A stretch of 61,116 nt of DNA, filler included, from Stramenopiles sp. TOSAG23-6 (Eukaryota): assembly GCA_900128565.1 (NCBI GenBank). It is 4 parts of 4 records of this genome, joined end to end, with 100 filler letters (N's around TTAATTAATTAA, not from the genome) between each part and the next. Parts side by side here need not be neighbours in the genome. Positions count along the whole stretch, not along the records: positions 1 to 15,268 come from LT636123.1; positions 15,369 to 30,562 come from LT636124.1; 2 more parts are not named here. One strand, 5' to 3'. Both the position numbers and the translations under genes were made by a program. The notes under the pieces were generated by a model. It was not told the origin of the DNA and made no database searches. It worked only from the letters and a program-made list of their open reading frames with translations. Every line of letters starts with the position of its first letter. The stretch's first letter is position 1. This document shows, piece after piece, positions 10,601-24,300 of this stretch.

Positions 10601-13600
10601 GCTGTCAAATATATAATTGATTTGTTCCTTTTTTTTTTGAAATCTTTCGTCGACTTTTTTTTTTCTATCACCATCAAAGGTATCAAAACAATATGGTGTG
10701 AAACCCAACATTGAGATAAACTGTTTTATTTCCCTCCATGTTTTAATCTTTTTTCCTCCTGTACATTCACACTCTTCTCCCATCGCTCCCATCCTTTTTC
10801 TTTTTTTAGGATCTAGGAATTCAAAACACACAGCATAGTCAGCATTTTCAGGATCTTTTGTAAATATTTCTAGCTGACAAAAATAAGGCATCAATGTTGA
10901 CCGAGTGGGGGTTGGGTATTTTTCATTATCGACTGCCCTCTCTGTGTCTGCTTTCCAAATTGATGTTTTTAATTCTGGGTCAAAGTCTCTCAAAAATCCG
11001 CCAGTTGCGGATGTTTTCCAATCGTGATAAGATGTTTCGAATTGATTCAAAACTTCATCAATTGTTTTCATGTAATCATGATATATTTGTGCCTTTTCGA
11101 GTATTTTATACTGCTGATCAAAAAATTTATCTTGCTCAAGAGTACTACGTTTACCCATATCATTAATATCACTACTACTACTAATACTACTACTACTCTG
11201 GGAGAACATAAAAAGCAGCGGCATCTTCTCTTCAAACTGATTCTGATTCTGATTCTCCTTAAAATCATGAACATAGCTTTGCAATTCTTGCTTTGCTTTC
11301 CATTTGATGAAGGATTCTTTTACATTTTTATGTACCTCATGAGATGTCACTTCCCACCACTTATCCGCTATCGGTATGTCCTCGTAGTCTGTCCCTGCAT
11401 CGTTTTCTTTGCATCCTATTTGACGTGTAACACACATACTGTGAACGTAATGCAAGTCTCTCATTTCCATCGGTTTTGTTTGTTTTTCACGCTCTACTTC
11501 AGGAACTTCAGGACCTTCAGGAAAATGCTTACGCACAGCCTCTACAAAGGCTTCTTCCGATCCTTCAAAAACAACGCTGTCAGTTTTAGTATCAGCGTTC
11601 AACTTCATCTCGTCAACAACGTTTACAAGGGCCGGTCGTGATCCTTCCCGAGCTGCATTAACTTGCAACATGATAAAACTTAGAAGAGTACGCATAATCA
11701 TTATTTTCATTGTATTCAAGTGGAATTGAGAGTGGCGTACAGTAAGTTGTGTGCTTTTGTGTTTCTCCTTCTTGAGATCAGTAATCAAGAGGGACAATCA
11801 AAGGGAAATATTTGATTGTGTGTCAAATAAATAATTTCCAAATTGTCTCCTCGAAAATGCCTCGAAAATCTCCGAGTTCGTCGAGAGGTGTAGAGAGAGA
11901 GAAAAAAAACAGGAATGTTCCACAACTGAAGTGGTTGATTCAGACAAAGAACTAAGTTTTTATTTTTTTTAAAGAAATATAAAAAAGCAAACTCAGTTTA
12001 ATTGACCTTTTTATCCCATTATTAGAATTTGTAATGTATCTATCAATTGATGAGAGACGTACCAAAACTTTGTACTTAAAGGTGTATCCATGGAATCCAA
12101 TGATATAAACGTGCAACACTACGTACCTAAATCCCATTTTCATTACTACATTTCATCATTTTCATTTGATCGTAAGGTTTTGTGCTTTTTGTGATGATGT
12201 TTCACTTTGGTTGTAGACGATTTGTAATGATGATGATGATGATGAGGCTCACTTTTGAAACGATGTGCATTGACGGATCTATTAGCTTCTTCGAGGGGTT
12301 TACATTGTAGAGTGCATGGATGAAATGTCCACCCACTATTCCTATTCTCACATGCACCATGCAACTTCTTATGAAGATGTAGCATATCGATGTGCTTCCA
12401 GTGACCATCTAATCTTGTCTTCATCTTTAGTAAGTCCACACAAATATGACAAGGAGGTTCTGTCGGATATTGTCCGCATCTTTGCGCTTCCTCCCTGGTA
12501 GCTTTGAAATATTCAGGAGGATCTCGCTTAGCTTCAAGTTCAAAACGACAACCGAAACGAGGCAAACGATGAAAGAGTGTTTTGGCGGCTTCTTCTAGGG
12601 CATCACGACGATCATCATCGGATCCAACTTCAGAATATCCTTCTATTATTTGTTCTGTGGCATCACATCCTACATGTATTGGTTCTTCGTCTTCATCGTT
12701 CATTCGAGCTTTGTCAAGTCGTTCTTGTTCTTTTGGTAAATCTTCAACATTTTCTTTGGCATTTAATAATGCCCAAGTTTGCGCAGCAAGTGGACGTAAT
12801 TTTTCCACAATTTTCCTGATTTCTTCTACAATTTCAGGAGTCGATTTTTGTTTTGAAAGTTCTTGAATTTGGAACGCATATTTCACTGCAAGATTTCGGT
12901 TATCTTCCATTACTTTGAGTTTTTTGACTGNTTCTCGGAATTTCTTTTCTTCGACTTGTTGTTTCTCTGTCATTCCAGATAAATCTCTGTCTTTAAGAAT
13001 TGGTTTGTTTGAAGTTTTAAGAAACGGAATTTGTTCTTCAGTTTTAGAATATTTCAATCTTTCCTCTGGTGTAAGTTCGACGCTATTTTCATGTCTCTCA
13101 CGAATGCTTCTTTCATCCCCGGTTGTTTTGCCATCAAGCTCCTTTTGTCTTTCTTTTTCTCGTTGAGAAACAAGAAAGTTTTCCCACTGAGCACCATAAG
13201 AATTGTCATTGGAGAATGCAGCTACCGCTGATAATTTGGCATCCTCGTTAGGGGTTTGTCTTGCAAGTTTCAATCGACTGAACTCTTCGTCAACTTTTCT
13301 GTTAAATATTGCTCGAAAATCAGGCACTGTATATGGACTTACGGACCGCCACATTTTAAATACTTCTTTCCATGTTGAATTTGTGATTAGATCAAGTGTT
13401 CCTTGAGCCAAATCCAAACCTGACTCTTTCATGTAAAATTTTACTTTTAATACTTCGTCTGGGGTAAGCTCTAATTCACTTACTGTTTGCTTCGCTAGTC
13501 CTTTGAGTCCACTATCAGATCTTTTTCTTTTCGCCTTTTCGACATTGTCGTCACTCCACGTTTTTGTTAATTGACCCAAAAATGTTTTAAAGGTCATACC

Positions 13601-15268
13601 GCCTCCGAAATTAATACCATATTTTTTCTCGAACTTATCTTTGTCGTAGTTTTTTGCGTATTTTTCGAAATGTGTGATCGTTCGTGGATCTTCAGATTGT
13701 AACTCCAGATATCGTTCATCAATTATTTTATCCAACTTTCGACTAAAGTTGCGTCTTTTCAATTCTTCGATTTCGGATATATTTTCCCCCTCTTTGTATT
13801 CCTCAGGAGGCGGCAATTTCTCTAAGACTATATCAGGACCTTCTTCTTCTCCATCGTCGTCACTGTCAAAGAAGAGACTAATAAGTAAGCAATTATACAA
13901 GGGATTGTTTTCTTCAGTGATTCCTCCGGGTCGCTTTTCCATGGCTACTTTTTCCCAATGATACTGAAGAAGTTCTTCCTTTACTTTACGTTTAATGAAA
14001 TTTGCTGCTTTGAAGGCTTTATCTTTTTTGTTTACCCACCACGAATCAGATATCGCCTCGTAGTCTGTGTAAGCATCGTTTCTTTCGTTTGTTTTACAAT
14101 CCTCTTCAGGAATGTCAGTGACACACAAGCTGTGAACATAATGCAAATCTTTCATTTCCATCTGTTTTGCTTCTCGTTGTTGTTGTTGAGAGACTTTATC
14201 CACAGCTTTGTCGAATGCCTCTTTTGATTTTTTCAGAACGTTGCTGTCGTCGTTGAAGCCTTCGTGGATGGTTTCAGCATCAACGTGCAACGTTATTATA
14301 CTTACAAGAGTAAGCATAATCATTACTTTCATTATATTCGAATTGAATACAAGTTGAATCGAGAGAGAGCGATAGTGGCGTACAGTTTACAAGTTGTGTG
14401 CTTTTGTTTTATTCCTCGTCTTGTAAATCAAAGGAAATGTTGCTCAAGCAACTAGAAAAATACTAGCTAGTAATTGTGTTTTTTTTCGACAATCCAATCC
14501 TCCTCCTCTCGACCAATCAATTTTTTGTCTCCGAAAACCCACGAAAAACCTCCTATAACTAAACAGGACCGGGTAACACAAGTAAGCGAGTCAGCACAAG
14601 GATCTCACCTGACCAGGAACTCGCAGGAACTCGCAGGAACTACCTGACCAGATTTCATTGAAGACTCTCGACACAGTAAACCTATCTAAGTGCGCACAAA
14701 ACTCCACTTCTTTCGATTGAATAAGAGGATATCCTTGCACGTATTGAGTTCTAAAAGTCTAAATTATATCAAGAATGACTATCGGATATCACACTGTTAA
14801 ATGTCTTGTCGTCATGCTATGCCTGGTTTATTTAACCAACGCTTCTTCACCCCGATCTTCGCCAAAACGTCAGCGACCTGGTGAGGCGGGTGGTGGGGGC
14901 CGTCTCCGTCTAAGTATATCAACGCAGTTGGGAAGAGTTTCAAAGAAGGCTAGGATTTCAGGTCGGCAAGCTCCTCCTAACAGTCCAAGAGAAGATGTTT
15001 CTCCTGTTTCCGTACGTGCAGTTGATAATTTCGGTTTCTATGGTTCAGATGATGCCGTAAATGCAGTTGATAATTCCGTTTTCTATGATTCAGATGATTA
15101 TGATGATGATGAATCAGAAGAAGAAGCCGGAGAAGAAGAAGAAGAAGAAGAAGATGATGATGATGATGATGAAGAAGAAGAATCAGAAGAAGATGATGAT
15201 GATGATGAAGAAGAAGAAGAAGAAGAAGAACAAGCAGAACAACTCAAACAAACTTATAAAATGTCATC

Positions 15269-15368
15269 NNNNNNNNNNNNNNNNNNNNNNNNNNNNNNNN
15301 NNNNNNNNNNNNTTAATTAATTAANNNNNNNNNNNNNNNNNNNNNNNNNNNNNNNNNNNNNNNNNNNN
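15269..15368. other. Artificial contig linker
   Basis: N44-TTAATTAATTAA-N44, stops in all frames. Confidence 0.98.
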
Positions 15369-15370
15369 CT

Positions 15371-18300
15371 ACAGGTTCATCTGATGATATTTCAGGTGAA
15401 ATTTCAATAGCCACAGGACAATCAAAGGTAGCTGGAGAAATTAATATAAATGCAGGTACTACAACTGGTGGACCTGGTGGAGATGTATTACTTACGTCTG
15501 GCGATTCAACTTCTCAAACCGGTGGTCACACAATAATTGCTTCAGGTGTAAGTACAAACGGGGCAGGTGGCGACGTCCATATTAGAATACAGGGGACAAA
15601 ATTAGTTAATAATGATAATATGTTAATCGTTAAGACCGGTCAAAATCCCCAAGGACAAAGTGGAAATGTATTACTACAGTTGGGCCACTCAACAAGCCAC
15701 GGAAGAACCAGTGGTAATATTAGTATTAAAAATGGTGATTCCGAAAATAGTCTTGGCAGTTCCGTCCACATTACAGCAGGTACTGGAAATACAGGAAATG
15801 GTGGATCTGCGTCAATAAATGCTAGTCATAGCACCAAAAAAATAGGAGGTATGATTCAATTCAAAAGTGGTGGTGGTTCGTCAAACGTAGTCGACTCTTT
15901 AATAATTTCTACTGGTGCTGAGGAAATTGGCGATAGCGGATCAGCAACTATTAAATCAGGAAATGGGAGTCTTACAGGCAACGTAGAACTTAAGGTTGGC
16001 GGAACAATCGATGGGACGGGTGGTTCAATTTCTATTCACGGAGGCAATGGAAGTGGAGATGGTGGCCTACTTAGCTTCGAAGCTGGAATGACAGAATCTG
16101 GAGGTGGAGGTGATATCAAATTTTCTGCTGGTTCAAAAGCGCATTTAAAACTAGTATCCGCTACCAGTCAGTTGAAAGGCAGCAGATCTGGAGATTTATT
16201 TGCTCGTAGTGGTGTTAGTCATAGTGGTGAATCTGGAAATGTAGAAATTACCTCAGGATCAGAAAGGATGGCTTCTGAGGAACTTGTTGCAATTCATGTT
16301 GCACCTGGAACTGCATCCACCGACAATGGGGGGTCGATACGATTCAAGTCTGGGACGACTTCAAATGGTGTTGGAGGATCTGTTGATGTAACGTCTGGTC
16401 TTGGATATCGAAGCGGTACTGTTTCACTCGTTAGTTCAGCAAAATTACCGGGTGACTATCGCAGCGGTGGGATTTCATTAATGGTCACAGACTCTGATGC
16501 ATACTCAATGGGAACGGATAAAACCATGATGGCAAGTTCAGTAGAAATAGTGTCAGGTTCTTCGGAATATGAAAACCCTGGTACAATTGAATTGACAGCA
16601 GGAGATGGTCGAATAAATGCGGGTTCAGTAAGTATAAATGCTGGTGTCTCTAATATGGATAATAATTTATCCAATGATCTTCTTTTTCCAGACCGTGGTG
16701 GGAATTTACATTTTACAGCTGGTCATCTTGGTGAAGTGAATGTCAAAAGTTCTAAAAGTTTCTCATCTGGTAATATCAAATTATCCAGTGGTCAATCAGT
16801 GTCAAAACAAAGCGGAGATTTTGAAATTGTAACTGGAAATAATTATAATCATGGCAATACCGGGCGAATTTACATTTCATCAGGGATTTCTGTAGATGGA
16901 AATAATTCTGTATCAATATTGGGTGGTTTATCTTCAGATTCCAAAGGTGCTGATTTGAAAATCTCTGGAGGTCATACAAGAAAAAATCAACGATCAAATG
17001 AAATGAACGACACTGGAGGGGGCATTCATCTTGATACGGGTATTAGTTCGAATGCTGTAAGCGGAAATGCTTCTATTATGTCATTTTATTCTATTGATTC
17101 TAATAGTGGTGAGTTGTTTCTTGGTTCAGGAAATACGACGAGTGTCGAAAAATCATCTAATATTATTGTAATGAGCGGTGAGGCTAAGACCACTGGTTCT
17201 GTCAATCTTGAGACCGGTTCGAGTGCAAAAACAAGTGGAAATATTCACATTTCTAGTGGGGAAAAAGCAAATAACAATCAAGGCAATACAGGTAATACAA
17301 CTTTTTCAACTGGTGATGCACTTCAAGGTACAGTGGGATCGATTAAGATTTCTCTTGGTTTGAGTAATAAAGAAATCCCGTCGAAGATAAAAATTCAAAG
17401 TGGACACAATTCAAATAGTGGTAGTATTCGGGTATCAACTGCAAATGATCTAGAATCATCAGGAGAAATTTCATTCGTTGTGGGGTCGTCGGATAAGTCA
17501 AATGCAGTGCAAGATATACCGGATATAGTTTTATTATCGTCTGGTACAAGTAAACATGGAATATCAGGCAACTTAACTATTTCTTCAGGAAATTCAGCAA
17601 AGACTGTTGGTGTTGTAAGTGTCACTGCTGGTTCTTTTTCGAGAAGCTTCTCTGGCGCATACAATGATGTAAGTCGCAGAGGAGGTAGTGTTGAAATTAA
17701 TTCTGGGTTTTCTACTAACGATGATGCGAGCAATGTAAAAATCACATCAGCAATTGGTTTTAAATCTGGTGACATCACGATTGGGTCAGGAATAAGTGGT
17801 AATAAAACAGGAGAAGTGCTACTTGAGTCCGGTGTAGCTTATAACAATGCTGGAAATGTACATGTTCTTGCTGCTAATAATAAACTTGGTAATGGTGGCC
17901 AAATTGATATTTCTGCTGGAAATTCGCATACTGGGAAAGCTGGAGGTCTGATATTGAGTTCAGGTGTCGCTCACAATTCAGCTCAAAATGGAAATATGCT
18001 GTTGGCTACAGCTAATGGAAGAATTTCAGGCAATGTTTACCTGGTATCCGGAAATTCAACATCTAGTTCATCTGGAAGCATATCAATTAAATCTGGCCCA
18101 GTTTTGTCGAACGGGGTAGGTGGTCAAGTGGTGCTTTCAGTTGGGAACACGACTGCTATTGAAAATGAAAAAAATGGTAGAGGTATATACATAACATCGG
18201 GAAAAGGTGTCTCAGGCGGAAACATTCATATAAAAGCTGGTGGTTATAAGAAGGAAGTGCTACACAACCTACCAACTGATGTCATGCCAGAAAAAGAGAA

Positions 18301-21300
18301 TATCTTTGGAGGAATTTTGTCTCTCACAGCAGGTGATGTTGAGACCGGATCTTTTGGTGGAGATCTGACAGTCACAACTGGGGATTCTAAGGGTGAAGTT
18401 TCTGGAGGTCAGGTTGCAATATCATCAAGCGCTTCTACAAGAATAACAGGAGTGATACATCTCACAACTGGCGACTCCGCAAAATCAACAACTAGTGCTA
18501 CCTCTCTATATTCTGGTAAAGCAACTGACGGAAGTTCTGGAGAAATATCACTATATAGTGGTACAGCAAGTAATGGATCAAGTGGTGGTGTATATATATA
18601 CCCGGGGTCTAGCAAACAAACTAGAGGTCAAGCTGTCCGAATAAAAAGTGGCACCAGCACAAATACATCTAGTGGGAAAATCACAATATCCTCACAAAGT
18701 GATGGCAATCTCAATATACAAACAGGAGTAAGTTCAAATGGTAATACTGGGAATGTTTCATTTTCAACTGGAGAATCAAAGAAGGGCTCTCCAGGCTCTG
18801 TATTTTTCCATGTTGGCAAAAATAATGAAAGTAACATTGAATCTGATAGTCATTTGCTTGGCAGTGAGATTTTTCTTGAAGCTGGTGGAAGTATTGAAAG
18901 ACAAGGTGGAAGTGTTGAAATTAACGCAGGCGACGGTGCTACTACTGCAGGGGGGGGTAATGTGATTCTCGCCGGTGGGGATGGAGGAACTGGTGGTTCT
19001 GTTATATTGTCAACAAGTTCAGGAAATAGCATATCAAGCGGAAATCTTCAGATAGGGAGCAACGATTCTTATCAATATGGGAGAAGTGGATCATTAGTAT
19101 TATCTAGCGGCAAATCTACCCAAGGTAACTCTGGTTACATTTTAGTTGAAAGTGGACATACGGAAGGCGGGGCTGGCGGAAATTTTGACATGAAACTAGG
19201 TTACGGCGACATGGGTCCTGGAAAACAGATTCATCTTAGAGCTGGGTTTAGTGAAAGTAAAAATGGTGGTTGGCTACAGTTGGAAGGTGGTAAAAGTAAT
19301 GGTGCTTGGAGAGAAGGTGGGGGCATACACATTGCTGCAAGGGAAGGATACAAAGGTGGCGGAGTAGTAATACAAGGCGGATCAAGCTTACTTACTTCAA
19401 GCGGGGATATCAAAATTGCCGTTATGAATTCAGGGATCCTTGGAATGAGTGGAAGTATGACTTTATCAACGGGGACTTCATCAATGGGGTCTTCAGGAAA
19501 TATGATGCTTTCAACGGGTGTTCCTAAGTTCGGAGGCGGTGGAGATATAAGACTGGCCGTCGGGGACACATTGGGTATCGGAGAAGGCAAAGCTGACGGA
19601 GGTCGTGTGAGTATTTTTGCTGGGAGTTCTGTCGATGCTCAAAAGTCTGGTGGATCGGTGAGTATCACTGGAGGTAAAGGTGCACATTATACAGACGGCA
19701 TAGGTGGTTCGATTATTCTAAGTGCTGGTGATGGACACGCTTATAAGGGTGGAAATGTTTCTGTAGTAAGTGGGAGCAGTGTTTCTACGTCCAGTGGACA
19801 GGTTATTATGAAATCTTTGGATTCAGGGGATGATGGGGTAAGTGGTTCAGTTGTGTTTTCCACTGGAACATCTAGTATGAAAACTACAGGCTCACTTACA
19901 TTCGACACCGGTGAATCATATCAAGGTGGTGCTGGAGATATCAGAGTTCAGGTTGGGGCTGGTGCTTCTGGGGGTCTAGTTGGTTTTAAAGCTGGCGAGA
20001 GTACTCAGTTGTATGGGGCAACTACTGGGGGGTCAGTTTCCATCACCTCTGGATACGGAATGGTTTCATCAAGTGGTGCATTTACTCTGAAAAGTGGCCG
20101 AAGTGGTCCAAATGGAGGAAGCGGTATTGTCACATTTACATCGGGGACAACAAGTGCTGGTAGCACTGGTGCAATTGCGATTAAATCGGGTGAAGCAGCT
20201 TTAGGCACAGCTGGAAGTGTAAACATTGTTATTGCAAATGCTGATACTAAATCAGGCGGGCGTCTTATGATACAAGGTGGAGAAAGTGTAGATATAGGTG
20301 GGACGGTCATTATTCTTCCTGGTGCTGGACGAAGTAGTTCGAGTGGATTATTTAGTATAAAATCCGCAGATGGTGCAAGTGGAAATTCTGGACAACTTAC
20401 ATTTGCTACTGGTACAACAAGTGCCGGTAATAGCGGATACATCTTTATGCGTTCAGGAAATTCGGAAAGATTTAGTGGGAGTGTGAGTGTTACAGTTGGT
20501 AGTGGTCTTGGGAAAAATGGTGGCAATCTTTTAATGAGTAGCGGTCAGAGTTCAATAAGTACGGGTGGTTCTCTTTCAATGATCACTGGTTTTAGTCGCA
20601 ATAAAAATAGCGGGGCAACATTTATTCGCTCAAGCAACTCTGGAATAAATGGTACAAGTGGCGGACTGCAGATTTCAACAAATACTTCAACCGTTGGTAG
20701 TACCGGTTCAATATTGATGCGTTCAGGAAATTCTACATTGGGTACGGCTGGTAGTGTCAGTGTAGTAGTGGGAAGTGGTTCACATGGAAGTGGAGGAAGT
20801 CTGAAAGTAACATCAGGTCTGAGTGATATTCAAACAGGTGGGGCTATTTCTATCGTGTCGGGATTTGGGTCTATAACATCAAGTGGTTCTTTCAGTATCA
20901 AATCTGCTGGTGCTGTCGATGTTGATGCGATATCAGGGTCAAATAGCGGCATCGTATCACTTTCATCTGGGGCAAGTAATAATGGAAGTACTGGTAATAT
21001 TATCCTTCAGACTGGGCTTGCTTCTTTTGGGAGCGCTGGTCAAATAAATATTTATGCTGGTTCAGGAAATGTTGCTACTGGTGGTCATGTCATTATTAGT
21101 AGCGGAAATAGCAAAGATCTTGATCTTGTTACAGGCGGATCAATATCACTCGTTAGCGGCTATGGATCAACTTCATCAAGCGGGTCGTTCAGTTTAAAGT
21201 CTGGAAACTCAGGAAGTTTGATGGACTACCCTAACTCATTCGGTAACAGTGGTAAATTATCATTTATTTCTGGGTCTTCGCTCAACGGTTCAAGTGGCAC

Positions 21301-24300
21301 AATTGTGCTTAGAACAGGTTCTGCGACATCAGGTGTCGGAGGTCACATAAAAGTAGAAGTTGGTCGTGGCGATAAAGGATCTTCGGGAAGATTGGCGATT
21401 TCTGCAGGTGTTGGAGAAATTTTAACTGGAGGTTCTTTATCTTTGACTACTGGTTATGGGCGGGATAGTTCAAGTGGAAGCTTTACAATTCATTCAGGTA
21501 GTAGTCTAAATCACGGCGCATCTGGCTCGATATCGATGTATTCCAGTGATACAGTTGAAGGAAGTAGCGGGACTATAATGATACGATCAGGTGAAGCTAC
21601 TTCTGGAACTGCGGGTAGTGTAAGCGTCATTATTGGTGGAGGGGCAAGTGGAAGTGGTGGTCGTGTATCCATCACTGCCGGTGAAACTACATCGCTTGAG
21701 GAAGTTGGTGGGAGCTTTTCGATAATTTCAGGATATAGTACAGCAACATCAAGTGGTTCGTTTAGTGTGAAAACACCTGACGCCGGAGACAGTGGCGTCA
21801 GTGGTGGGATTTCAATTTCAACTGGTGAAACGACATTTGGTGAAAGTGGTGGGGTTTCATTTTCAACTGGAAAATCACTTCATGGAAGACCTGGAACAGT
21901 GAACTTTGAAGCTGGAGATGGTGATTATATAGGTAAAGTTACATTTTCCGCCGGATTTAGTATTGAAAACACAGGTGGTTCTATGTCAATTGTCTCAGGT
22001 TATGGTGAAATTGCATCTAGTGGTACCTTTTCAATTCGTACAGCCAAAGGTGGAGAAGCCGGTGTTAGTGGACAACTTTCAATTGCGTCTGGCCCATCGT
22101 CAAATGGAAGTTCAGGTATGCTCATATTTAAAACGTCTAAAGCAAATGCTGGTGTCGGTGGCAGTACAAGTATCGTTGCAGGAACTGGTGACGTGTCAGT
22201 CGGAGGGCGAATTACTATATCAGCAGGACAAAGCACAGACACGATTGGACGAGGTGGTTCGATATCGATTACCAATGGCGTTGGTAATGCAACTTCAAGC
22301 GGTGCTTTTAGTATCAAAACATCGTATTCGGGAACATCTGGTAAAAGTGGGGGTATATCCATGGCAACTGGCAAGTCTGGTGGTGGTCTTAGCGGTTTTT
22401 TGATTTTGCATTCAGGAATTGCAAGCAATGGCACTGGAGGCAGTTTTAGCATTGTTGGTGGTTCTAGCAACTTAGGTGGTGCCAATGTCGCTATTAGATC
22501 GGGAACATCTACGAAAAATACTGGCGGGGATATATTCTTCACATCTGCTCCCAGCAACGAATCTAGTGGAACTTTCAGTATACGAACAGCCCACGCGACC
22601 GGCGCTTCTGGCATTATATCCTTTGCGTCTGGGGATTCCTATAATGGCAAAAGTGGTGATATAATTCTCAATACAGGGAATTCGAAGTATGGATATCCAG
22701 GGAGTATCAGTGTAATCAATAGTAGAGGAGATACAGCTAGTGGTGGCCGTGTCACAGTGAGTGCTGGTGGAAGTACATTTATTCATAATGCTACTGGTGG
22801 CAGTGTTTCATTGATCTCTGGATATGGTAGAGTTTCATCGGGCGGTACTTTCAGTATTAAATCTGCTGATGCTGAAAATGCTGGGACAAGTGGTTTATTA
22901 TCGATGTCATCTGGATCATCACAAAGTGGATCTGGGGCTGCTTTAATTGTTCGAACAGGAGTTTCTAGTCGAGGCACTGGTGGTAGTATGAGTTTATATA
23001 TTGGTAGAGGAAGTGTCAGTGGCGGTGGCCGTCTTGTTGTTAATGCGGGTAGTTCTTTTGGATCGAAAGGTACTGGTGGAAGTGTTTCGCTTGTTTCTGG
23101 TTATAGTAATGTTGGCTCTAGCGGAACTTTTAGCGTTAAAACTGCGGATGTAAACGTTGAAGGTATTAGTGGATTACTTTTATTCACGACAGGTTCTTCT
23201 TCGGGTGGTTCCAGTGGATCTAATGTTGTAGTGACGGGTAATGCAATTCATGGAACAGCAGGAAGCATCAGCCTTGCCGTGGGACCTGGTACAATACCTG
23301 GAAATATTGCGGTAACTGGTGGCGGAACAAAGGGATCTACTGGTCAAGGCGGGGCTGTGTCTATGATAAGCGGATATGGTATGATATCATCAAGTGGGAC
23401 TTTCAGCTTGAAGTCATTGTCTGCGTCAACTGATAATGGCGTTAGTGGAAGCATGGAAATTTCAAGTGGTGATTCAGAAGGAGGTTTAAGCGGTGGACTC
23501 ACATTCAGAACAGGCAATGCAAACCACGGTATCGGTGGTCATATTACTGTTTCTGTTGGCCCTGGTACTTTAAATACTGGTGGGCGTGTTGTAACCCAAG
23601 CTGGCGAGAATACTGGTGGCACTGGTGGATCTTTATCTTTAATGACAGGATATAGTAATGCATATTCTAGTGGAACATTTAGTATCAAAACGATGGATGC
23701 GGGTACAAATGGGATGAGTGGATCTATTTCACTTTCATCTGGAAATTCTACCAATGGCTCTAGCGGGGTATTATTAATGCGTACCGGAGAAGCAAAAGGA
23801 AATAGCAATGGTGTTGCAGGTAGTTTCAGTGTTTCTGTTGGTGGCACACCAGGAGGTGGGACAGGTGCAAGAGTGGCAGTCTCCGGGGGGTCCGTAACAT
23901 CAGGATTAACTGCAGGTGCTGTGTCAATATCTAGTGGTTATGGCAAAAATACATCTAGTGGAGCATTTAGTGTTCGTACTGGCGATTCTGGTATAGGTGG
24001 TGTCAGTGGCTCTTTGCAGTTAATCTCTAGTAAAACGACAGGTGGTACAAGTGGGGCTATCTCAATGAAAACAGGAAATGCAACTCAAGGCACAGGCGGA
24101 AGTCTTAGTATTTTGGTATCCAAAACTAATTTACCGGAGGAAACTGGAAGTCCTATTGTAGTTTTTGCTGGTGCAGCTGGATCTACCGGTAGAGGGGGAG
24201 CGGTTTCACTTGTATCGGGATTCGGCGGATCTTCATCGGGAGGATTGTTTGAAATTGGATTGGTTCCAGCAGGAAAGAAAGGTGTCAGTAGTAGTTTAAC

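Larger units (their letters stand above)
1..15268. repeat. Whole-contig inverted duplication (fold-back palindrome), centre 7633/7634; likely MDA/assembly artefact
   Basis: All ORFs mirrored, the ambiguous N is mirrored (2338/12931), no spacer, centre lies in an intronic poly-T run. Confidence 0.97.

Noticed and set aside
1-15268. 15-kb palindrome as a real palindromic chromosome or hairpin replicon
   Set aside because: No spacer, mirrored N, truncates a gene inside an intron; typical of amplification or assembly fold-back
15313-15324. TTAATTAATTAA as a biological motif, and gene linkage across it
   Set aside because: Synthetic linker; contig lengths (15268, 15194, 15194, >=15160) look size-sorted, so neighbours are unlinked
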